Assembly: GCA_046563655.1 (NCBI GenBank) | Contig: CM102289.1 | Location: 4,712,001 to 4,776,000 of the forward strand | Source of the DNA: Yuukianura sp. NJ FZ-2021 | Lineage: Eukaryota | Reading direction: 5' to 3' | DNA: 64,000 bases | Shown here: positions 53,970 through 64,000 of the stretch, piece after piece | Numbering within the stretch: position 1 is the first letter of the stretch | Layout: every line of letters begins with the position of its first letter | The notes under the pieces: model-generated | Database searches by the model: none | Told to the model about the DNA's origin: nothing | Seen by the model: only the letters and a program-made list of their open reading frames with translations | Translations under genes and position numbers: made by a program

Positions 53970-54944
53970 TTAGCTTTGCTGAGCTTCCTTCAGCTTCCTT
54001 TTGTTCTTTCCTCGTAAAATTGCTTCTTTGAAAAGTTTACAATATAATTCTACAGAGCAGAGGCTGTCGTCATTTCCAGGAACCGGATACGTAATTAAGT
54101 TAGGGTTGCAGTTGCTGTCAACGATACCTACAGTGGGAATTAGCATCTTAGCAGAATCTTTGATAGCCCCATGTGGGCTCATCACCGTCGTCAATGTGTT
54201 CGTGAGGATGACAAGATCAGGGAGCCTCGTTATTCCTTCAAAAGTTTTCTGTAAAAAAAAAAGTACAGGAGTAATTAAAAAATGGATCGCTTTTCAGTCC
54301 TTATGATTAAAAGCGGCTTACGATTGAATTTGTAAACACTTTTGTCATCCACTCTCTCGTATGCACATACTCTCCACATTCAATAGCAGTTTTCTCCACC
54401 AAGTTCATTGTTTGTGGAGATCGCGTTACAAACAAAATGATTCCCTTGCGATATGCGATGTGAGCAGCAAAATTGAGCGCTTGTCGAAGGTAGTGTGCAG
54501 TGATGTCGAGGTCAAAAATTGTGGACTCAAATCTGGTGCCAAATATGAACGGCCTCATGTTTGGATCCATGGAACCCAGTTTATGACCCATGTGAACTCT
54601 GGCTTCAAAGAGGTCCTTCACAGTGAATAAACTATAAACTTGAAAGTAGTCTGGACTCTGCAAACTCTCGTCAGCGGCAATTACGTCAGAGACTGAAATC
54701 AGTATTAAAAACAATTTCAAATCGATGATTTCGAAATTTCTGATGATTTGAAAAAATTCATTGCCTTACCTGGTGGTATAACACTTGCTTTGGGGAGACG
54801 TCTTTGAAGCAACGGAGACTGGACATCTGGAACTGGTCGGGGAGAGTAGCAACGTAACAAATTGTACTGCCTTTGAACAGGATTCTGTATTCGAATAATT
54901 GCAGACCCGGTCGCCATCCCCATTAAAGATCTTGTTCCTATCAT
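53970..54944 (-). CDS. mRpS2: Mitochondrial ribosomal protein S2 (3 exons)
   Basis: [65 protein letters not shown]. Confidence 0.95.
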
Positions 54945-55363
54945 GATCAGCTTGTCAATTGAATACTACCTGGTCGCAGTGACTATTGTATTGTAGCGAC
55001 TCTGTATTAACGGCAACGGCGAAGGGAAAACCCACCGACTAGAATCTAAAAGAGTCTGAGAAATCTTATGAGAATCTTATGTACAAGATCCGAGGGATCC
55101 GATATCCAACCTTTAGCCAGACCCGGGAAAGGAAACAGGAGTTACCTAATCCTGGGAATTTCAGTCTGGTGAAACAGTCGTACCTTACACTAACGATAAG
55201 ATTGGTTGCCCAAGCGGGTTGACGTTGACGTAAATTGCATCCATTACTACAGCGCAGTGTAAGAAGTGACTCATTTCTGTCGTCAGCGTCACCATGTGGC
55301 ATGGAGCTACAAGGAAAAATAACATGAGGTATTTAGTAAATCGTAAAATCCATTTGAATTACG

Positions 55364-56195
55364 AAACAAGGTAGGGCAATGCTCAAGGGTTGAGCATAGG
55401 TCTTCTGGAGGGAGTTGACAATTGATGCGACTTAAACCGGCCTGCTCAAAATTGTAGAAGAACTGAGAAACCGTTTTCATGTAGCGGATGTACCAAAACG
55501 TCGCTCAAAATTTTCAGCGCGGATGTGAGGTCCTCTTTTGTGCATGCGTTGCACCAAAACTGGGTTGCCAATGGCATGCACTAAAATCATGCTCCAGTTT
55601 TGCGCCCCAAAATATTTGCAATAAATTGATGTTCTTAACTTGTTGAGCAGGATGCACATAATGTATTATCGGTGTTGCCGTGGCAATGTACTTATTAGCG
55701 AAAAGAGCGTGAACCAAACGACGTCAAAATAATGATACCGAAATTTAGCTTTATGCATTATAAAAATTTCTAGTAAATGCAACTTTGACCCCTGTTGTGC
55801 ACCATTCACATATTAAACATTTAAGCCGGATTTTCTACCCTCTGATCAGTCTTAATTTAACAACGTGATTAAACATACTGCCAGAAAATGACCAGATCAA
55901 AATTCCGTTGTTTATAAATATTTTGAGTGCAATCGAAACCAAAACAGTTTTGCGGAGCCACGATACTGCGGGTACATAAAGTAGCCGCCCACTTCAACGT
56001 TGTTAATCTAACAGTTTGAGTGCAATGTAGACCTATTGAAAACTCTTGAGCCAAACATAACCCCCCGACTGCGATGGGGCTTATGTTTCAGTGGAAAAGG
56101 TACTAAAAAACGTTACGGACGGACGGACAGACGGACAAAGTCGTATCAATAGTCTTCTTCAGCACGTCGTAGACGTGCGTCTCCAGAAGACTAAA
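55364..56195 (-). mobile_element. Non-autonomous Helentron/DINE-1-like element, family 2
   Basis: SubTIRs GTCTTCTGGAG / CTCCAGAAGAC, terminal hairpin ATGCTCAA-GGG-TTGAGCAT, (GGAC)n microsatellite, hairpin GCACGTC-GTA-GACGTGC, A/T-rich ends. Confidence 0.75.
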
Positions 56196-56591
56196 AGTAA
56201 TGTAAATGAAAATACAAAACTCTGCACCAATCTCCTAGGAAGAGATGATTCAATTTTAACCTATTAATGGCTAAGTATCGATGAATAAACGACACGCTAC
56301 TATATCGACGTGATCATGTTTCCTCTCAATCCGTAATGGATTACAATGGTGTCAGTAGTAAATTAATTGTTTATTGAAAAGGAATCAGAAACCAGTATAC
56401 ATGAATCGGAGCAAAGACAATCCATTAGACAATTGAAAGACAATGAATCAATCTGGAAAACAGGAAAATTTCCTAAAAGGAAGAGGACAGTGCTGGTAAT
56501 AGTAGTAAGTACCCTATTCGTAATGTTAATTACCATTCACGTGCAGCTTATTTTCAGTAAGATCAGTTGAAACGTGTAGGACAATCCTGGA

Positions 56592-57250
56592 TCATTTTTC
56601 CTCGCACCACTCATTCTCCTTCCGAATTTGCTCCTTCTCTTCCTCGGTAAGGTCATCAGCAATATTGAATGTTTTCCTAATCTCCTCTGGAGTCTTTCCT
56701 TTGATCATGTTAGCCACACTCTTGCAGGTGACATCCAATAGTCCTTTGATATCCAGGTAATTTGCAGCCTATGTGGCGATAATATAAACCAAATAAACCA
56801 AAAATTCACGCAGAAAGGACTTAGACGAAGGGCAAGTGCTTACGAGGATCAGTTCAAACAGAGTGCCTTGGTCCACTTTGAGAAACTCTAAATCCCATGG
56901 ACTAATATCATCAGTCCTTCTCTCCTTGTTATCTGGTTCCTCTTCTGGCATAGGTGGGTCATCCTGAAACACGTACAAATAAGAATTAACTACTACATTC
57001 AGTTACATACCAACATCGGCAAAATACCAATTATTGTAAGTTTTCGTTTTACCTTATGGTGCTTCGCCCATTCGATTACTTTTTCAAGAATAACGGCGTT
57101 AACATTTGGGAGCGGAATTTCCTCCTCGCCGCCATCATCTTCGCCCAGGTCTTCTAACATTGTTTTGATAGTCTTCGAACAGGCACGAATAATGTCGCTT
57201 TCTACTGTGAACATCTGATCGTCAGAACTCTTCAACTTCAGAGGGGCCAT
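56592..57250 (-). CDS. SKP1: S-phase kinase-associated protein 1 (3 coding exons)
   Basis: [97 protein letters not shown]. Confidence 0.97.
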
Positions 57251-57424
57251 GATGTATCTTAACACGTTGATAGTTCAAGGCCTGTAACAAAAATAGAGTT
57301 ATCAATTAGTTGTTCGCTGTCGTTGAACATAAATCTCCTTACTACTGTTGCCGCAAGTGGAAAAGGAAACTACTAAAAATAGGTATAAAAGGCTGAAGGG
57401 CTGAACTGTTCAACTTGAACAGAA

Positions 57425-57617
57425 GAAGCGTTTTTCCCTGTACCTTTTTTCCTCAAATGAGAAAAACAAGGGTCAGGGCAATAGTCAGACCCTGGTTATT
57501 CATGTTTTAAGCGAACGAGCGTGAGCGTACGGTAACTATAAAAATCGGGTTTGACTATTCCCCAGAAATCTTTTTCTCAAGTCAATGAGAAAAAAGCGTG
57601 TCAGGGGAATAGTCACC
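57425..57617. mobile_element. Degenerate remnants of the GGGTCTGACTATTCC MITE family
   Basis: AATAGTCAGACCCT near 57480, GGGTTTGACTATTCCCC near 57547, GTGTCAGGGGAATAGTCA near 57598. Confidence 0.55.
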
Positions 57618-57949
57618 ACGAATTTAATAGATACTACCTTAGCAAAAGAGTGAACATTTGAGGATGGATGAGTAAGGTAAACGTTTGACACTGACGAGGA
57701 CGACAATTAGTATAAATAATAAACATTCAGAACGGTGAGGCTGCAACGAGGTGAGTTATAGTCCCAAACGTTTTGGTTGCTACCGCTTTGCCGCCAGATT
57801 CTGGCTACTCATTCATAAGTCATAAATAACCGTAACATTTTGTTTTCCCATGATTAAGCGGGTATTACTGTGTTCAGGTTCGGTTAGTTACTCGTACTCC
57901 ATACTGTCCATACCATTTCTCAATCTTTTGAATTTTCAGATTACCAACG

Positions 57950-60402
57950 ATGCGCTGTTTTCTCTACCCTCCACGTCCAGATGGCCTCGACGAAGAGGAC
58001 TATGTAGACCCAGACATTGTTGAGCCCGTTTTCTTTCCCGAAGCGGTACAAATCATTCTCGATGACGAAGACGAGGAAGAAGAGCATTATGATGAGGAGG
58101 AAGACCTTGAGGATGGGAACGTGCCTCTCGCGACAGTTTCCGAAGCCACACAGATCATCTTGACTGGAGTTTTAGAAGAAACGAATCAAGCGAATCACCA
58201 GGACGAGGACGACGTCGAGGAAGGAGTACGAGTAGTTTTTCCAACGGTCGAGGATGAAGACACTACGGACACGGTAGATGATCAAGATCTGAAGTCCGAT
58301 ACTGTTGCTGACGAGCACAGCATCCAGGAAGGTCTTCAATCTTGTAATTCATTTCAATAGAGTAATCGTTTGCAGCTTTTTTGTTTTTGCCACAGAGTTT
58401 GATCCAGTAGAACCAGGAGTTTGTAGCACATCGGTCATTCCGCAAATTGAGGTTACAGGTGACGAAGATGTAACATGTGATGGGAAGTCTCCTGAGGCGA
58501 CAACCGAAACCGACTCTTTATCGGTCAGCACTAACAAGCGACAAGGTGGCTCTCCGGATTCTTCAGTTCCAGAGACAAAACGCCTTTTGCTCGTGCCTGA
58601 TGAAGATTCTACTCAATTTCAAAGTGGAGACGAGGCCTATTCCAATCCGTTGGCATCTGCTGAAGAAGTGGATGGAATCGATGATGAAGCTTTTCGTGGG
58701 GACAGAATTGGGGACACTACGTACTCTGAACGACATGTCCTTAAAATCCTAATGAAGTGGATTGAGGTGAGTGATAATAAATGATAATAAGGAAACGGAA
58801 CTGATATCTGATCAATTAAATATTTCTAATTACCAGGACTTGCCAAAATATTCAGAACCTGTCTATACCGACGCATCCAATGAAAATGGAGCTGATGTTG
58901 AGGATGGTGACGAGAAGAAACTGGACAGACTGTTCAAGAAGGAGATGACTCTCCTTTGGGACATGAGCTCTGAGCAGGATGTCATGATTTACTTGGTGGA
59001 CAAAGGTATTTTTGGAATTGTACGCGACAGTCTCCTTTCTTCCAGATGTGACCGTCTTACAGTAAGTAAAAATTCTTTAAATCTTCTTATACTCATTACT
59101 AACTGTGTTGACTGTTAATAAAACTTGTGTTTTGTTGTGATTTTCAAGGAGATTTCCCTCGGAATCTTGGCCAACGTACTCTCATGCGCAGAAATGTCCA
59201 AGAAACTTTCTGTTGAAGATGGATTCCTAAAACTCATTGAGACTGTTGTAACTGTTGGGTCTGGAACCACCCAGGTTCCAATCTTGCTACAAGTATTCGC
59301 TGTTCTTCGTCGCGTGGCGTGGTTTATGCATCACATTTCTCCAGTTGAGGTTTGGGTTTCCTGTACCGTTGGGTCTCCATCTTTCCTCAACATGCTCACT
59401 CTTATTCTCAAAGGGTCAACGCACTGTAAGTAACACCATGGTAATGCTTACGTAGAAGTCATAACTCTGAGCTTGTCATTTGATACAATGATAATTCGAT
59501 TTGATTTGTGCTCTTCTCGTTAACGCTTTTGTTTGTTTCTGTAGCTGTTCTTATCAAAGATGCCGTGATGGTGGTTTATTTCCTGCTGGAGGCTTTGATC
59601 CGATCACCGGAGTCGACAAGTGAAAACGAAGCCTCTGAACAAATCGATGACCGCGTTCTGGCTTTGGCTACGGAGCCAGTTGTTGCTTCCCTATGTGAAG
59701 GACTGCAAGAACTACTCAAAGTGCGCGACGAAGATGAAGCCGGGATGAGGGAGTTAATTGACGAAGCCAGAGTAGTTCCTCATCACATTCAATTGGCCTT
59801 ACGCTCCGGCCTTGGAGCGCTCTGCTTTATCCAAAAACTTCCTACTGGAGAAAACGCACTTCGTAAGTAAAATATGAAACCCTTAAGACTTTAGCATCTC
59901 TCTCTCTCTCTCTCTCTCTCTTCTTCTCTTCATCTTCAAGAGACTACATACTTGTTATTGTCTAGGAACAGAGAAGGATGTCGTCACGAGGTTTGTTGAT
60001 GGTTTGCTTGCCGAATTTATGGAAGTGACTAGTGACATTGACAAAACACAAGCCGTGGAGTACTTGGTAGCTAGCATCAGTCTTTCTGTCTTCTGCCATC
60101 TTGAATACGATGAGCTTCAGATAGATGCTATCCTTCGTCTAATAATGGCTACTCAGAAACTGTTGGAAGGAGAAGTTGACGGATCTATCGTCAAACCAGT
60201 TTACAGTGCTTTTGAGGAACACGTAACACAACTTGCCAGAAAGTTCGGACTGGATGCCATCCGGAAAGCAATTGATCAAGCTAATTGGGAAAGCAAGGCG
60301 TTTCTGGAACCGATTTATACTACACTTATTAACAAAACATTGACTATGGAACAAGCAGGAGCAAAAATTGGATCAGAAACGGACGATGTTAGTAAACCAT
60401 GA
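57950..60402 (+). CDS. SAAL1: SAAL1-like armadillo-type protein with acidic N-terminus (multi-exon)
   Basis: DRIGDTTYSERHVLK, LWDMSSEQDVMIYL, CDRLTEISLGILANV match SAAL1 family motifs as recalled. Confidence 0.82.
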
Positions 60403-60662
60403 TTAACTCAATTTAGAAATGTTTAGCTAAGATAATCCTATTTTACTATTTATTTCATCCAGAATAAATTATAGACAATTCATTAAAATGCAGAAACTGA
60501 AGCTCACGTTAGAACAAGCTGTGTGCAACAAGGCCACTGGAGGTCATCAATTTATTGATTTTATCGCCATCACTAATGATCAAAATCCTATAATTTAGGA
60601 TTAATTCCACAATTTTAGGACCGGCCAGAGACGGCAAGCAAAAGCAAACTCTCACTCATAAC

Positions 60663-61415
60663 CAGAGGGGCAAAACATATTTTTTTACATATTACATATT
60701 TTTATATTTTAAAAAAATATTTCGCCAAAAAAAATATAAAAAATATTTAGCAAAATATTCTCCGAATTTGACAAAAATGTGGTATTTTTGGCAAATTTTG
60801 GACGATTTTATGGCATTTCAAGCGAATTTTGCGCCTATCGACGATTGATTTGATTTATATTCAGGCATTTGACGTAAGATTTTCCACAATGGTATGAAGG
60901 GATATGAGTGGCAAAATTATTTTACAATTCCGCGCTTTTGAAACAGGTCCTCTAATTAAAGATCACCCTTTACGCGCACTACATTATGTTGTTTAATGCG
61001 CAAAAATTTTTTTTTAATTGCAGTAACACTTTCAGTAAAACTTTAAACGCGCGAAATCGCATAAAGCGTACGGAAATATTGATCGTACGCGTAAAAAACC
61101 CTAAGCTTAAACAAATTTACGCTTAAAAGCCAATTGCAGAAGAAACCTAAGCGAAAGACGGGTCAGCGTACGCTTGCATTAATGTACGAAGAACACGGTT
61201 AACCTAATGTAAGAATCCTCTCATACATTTGTAAACGTTTCCAATACGAATAGATGCTCTTAATACTCACATCCAGGCACAGTTGGGTAGTAATTTCTAG
61301 GAAATAGCTAAATATATCGCAAAATAAAAAATATGTTAGTAAATATTTCACTGGTTTTTAGTACATATTTAAATACATATTTCCTGGTTTTAACAACATA
61401 TTTTTTGCCCCTCTG
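60663..61415. mobile_element. Non-autonomous hAT element (753 bp) with 8-bp target-site duplication
   Basis: CTCATAAC|CAGAGGGGCAAAA ... TTTTGCCCCTCTG|CTCATAAC. Confidence 0.9.
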
Positions 61416-61819
61416 CTCATAACATAACCTCTTATGAGTTTGTTTACATGAGCCACACGCATACGCATCTGTCTAATACAAACAGCTGTTTGTGCTCACA
61501 CAATTTTGGTTACCGGAATTCACCATTAACTCATGACGTAAATTGAAGTTTAACTGCGATTTGGGTAAGTTAACTCAGAGTTTTGAAGAGATAAACTGAA
61601 GTACTGTTATTTTTGGTATTATGAATGTAGTTTCATTAATTCATTTATGTTAACAGCTACAGCACTGTTTGAGGAAGTGAGGAAGTGCATTTGATCTTGA
61701 GGTGGAACTGACTTTACTTTGTGTAAGTCTAATTTAATTTAATCTTATTTAGTCGATCAGCAAGTTGGAACGGAACGCGGGGTGAAGGAAGGTGTCTGGA
61801 ACAGTTACAGCAAAGTCAC

Positions 61820-64000
61820 ATGGAGCAAAAGCTAAATCAAGGGGATTCCGAGCACTGTCTAAGTGTTCCGCTGGAGAGGCGAACTGTTGAACTTATCGGA
61901 GACAATGGAATTAAACAGAAAGTTCCCGCATTGGTAAGGCACGGTATTTATTAGTCACGCGAATAATAATGATTTGATATTATATTTTGACATGTTGAAT
62001 TGTCCTTACAGAACAAACTCTTTGCACCCAAATTCAACTACATGGGGTTCTACCTCGTGCGACTGGACTCCGCCATTGAAGAACCATCTCTAGTTGACGA
62101 CTGGGAAGATCATATGCGAATCTATAGGGATGATTTAAAATGGCTACTCGGACTTCCTCATCACAAGTTCTGGTCGGCACTTGTTTATTCGGAGCCAATT
62201 TCTCAGCATGTTCTCACGTCGTATCTCATCCAAGCGCCACGGCCGCATGAGCACAGCTACAAGGAATACTTTGCTCACTCGAGAATTGGCCCTCTCCTAG
62301 CACAAATACATGATTTCGTTTTCAGAATTTTTTTACGTCTGTCAACCTTCAAAGAAACCAAGGTTAGGCCCTGATAATTGATTCACCTCGGGGTTGTTGG
62401 ATTTGTTCAAGTTGGAACTCAATCGGTTTAATTTTGTGCTTTACAGGAGGATCACATCACACCCAGCAAATGGGCTACTCTCATCTACGACCACTACTTG
62501 TTCGACGTGCCGAAGTTGTTTGATCTCGTTGTCCTTTACGGCTCTAGCCGAAAGCAAATCTTAACCAAGATGATTGACAATGTTCTTAGCCATCAACCAA
62601 ATTATCTCCACGACTTCAGTGCAACTCTTCCCATTTACGTTGGAAAGTGGTTAATGCAAAGCGAGCAGCTAGGAAGCCTGGTGCGGAAACAAAAGCAGTT
62701 CAGCAGCGGACAATGGGATTATACTGGCTTTGAAGACATCATTCTTTTCAATGTCGATCAAGCAATCTCGCTTTATAAGCTTATCGATATCCATCCTCCA
62801 TTTGCCATTGCCGCTCATACAACATCTGAGTTCGAGGTCACGTAAGTTCCGTTTTGCCTTAAAATGCTGTATAATATTATGCTTCAGAATTTCTGGGTGA
62901 TTTTTGTGTATTCAGAATCGGTGCCAGTTACGAGCAAGACGTCCAGGAGTGGAAGAAAGTTATTCAACACTTACCGCAGTTGGAAAGTCTTGTAAACACA
63001 TGGAGAGTTTACATGCTAAAACTTTTCCGACTTGTACTGGCGTCTTCGACGATTCAAACTGTTGAGAGACCTCAAAAGTACGTTCTTACATCGACCTTCT
63101 GTCTATAAACGTTGTATCTAAGGATTTTTTTTTTATTTTAGTGGTGCTGTGGATGAGTTCCTGGGAGTTATTTCCAACTGTTTGGAGTCATGCATCTTTT
63201 TATATGACTATGACAAAACATTTCCTTTTGCCGCAGATATAGATGAACTACGTCGCAGAGGAGTTTATGTGTAAGTTAACTCAACCATTCTATTCGGCTG
63301 TATGCTGTTTTTCTTAATTTCAACGATGTCTTTACACTTTACCGTTCGAAATGCTATTACGTTGGTTAGCATTTTAGTAATTGAACCCTTTCCCTCTCGG
63401 GAAGGGTTCAATAACCTAACCTAGAATTGTAGAATTGTAACACCGTCAAATCGCACGCTCCGAATTGAAAAATCCTGAAGTTACGTTGTGGCTCCTTGTT
63501 AGCCTATGACTTGTTAGCCCAGGTTGTAATGCTTATGTCAACTGAAGAGTACGTGGTACAATCACTCTCTCACCCTAAACCTCTTCTCTTTTACAGAGAT
63601 TCGACCCGGGTAGAATATCTTTCGAACGCTGTTGCAGCAGCATATGAAGCGTGCGGACAGCGATATCAAGCTGCAAAAGTAGAAGTACCTGACACAGTCC
63701 CTGACCCTCTGAACGATCCAACGTTTGACAGGCAACTTCTAGGAGCATGCTCTCTCGATGTGGTTGGTCCTGAACTTATTTCTCTCGTCTCTCAAGTCAA
63801 GGATTTGTTACCTGATCTACCAGACGCTTACATAGAGGTACACTCATTACTGAATACAAAAGTTTACCGAGAAATTAAAGTTATACTTTCTTATTTCATA
63901 GGCATGTTTGAAACACTTTGGATATCAAACGGAGACTGCTATAAATGCTATTCTGGAAGGCTCGGTGCCAACCCACTTAGAAAAGTTTAAGGAGACCAGA
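61820..64000 (+). CDS. ASCC2: Activating signal cointegrator 1 complex subunit 2 (5' partial, runs off the window)
   Basis: WLLGLPHHKFWS, VFRIFLRLSTFKE, LFDVPKLFDLVVLYG, QPNY, CUE domain start SLVSQVKDLLPDL. Confidence 0.92.

Noticed and set aside
42234..57250. F-box gene near SKP1 as a functional SCF cluster
   Set aside because: They are more than 12 kb apart with unrelated genes between, and the F-box gene lies in an inserted segment; proximity is probably coincidental.
59897..59921. (CT)n tract in a SAAL1 intron
   Set aside because: Ordinary microsatellite.

Overview
Gene-dense eukaryotic (animal) DNA with short, mostly 55-110 nt, GT-AG introns. Gene content and style fit a compact arthropod genome, plausibly a springtail (inference only). 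Conserved genes are dihydropyrimidinase/CRMP, glutaryl-CoA dehydrogenase, NHERF/Sip1, a large bHLH protein, MED8, mRpL11, mRpS2, SKP1, SAAL1 and the 5' part of ASCC2. Lineage-type genes are two chemoreceptor-like 7TM genes, a C2+PDZ protein, an F-box gene, a secreted beta/gamma-crystallin-fold protein and an intronless orphan. The most notable observations are: (1) an intact three-intron PDX1/SNZ vitamin B6 synthase gene among metazoan genes; (2) a ~4.2 kb direct duplication of a CYP+MPI block around a ~6.1 kb repeat-rich insert carrying the F-box gene, with a Helentron/DINE-like element at one breakpoint and both genes of the second copy disabled; (3) duplicated alternative terminal exons in the dihydropyrimidinase; (4) an apparent GA-AG intron plus a GC-AG intron in MED8; (5) a 231-bp satellite array and many MITE/foldback elements. 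Exon boundaries were read by eye and no database searches were run.
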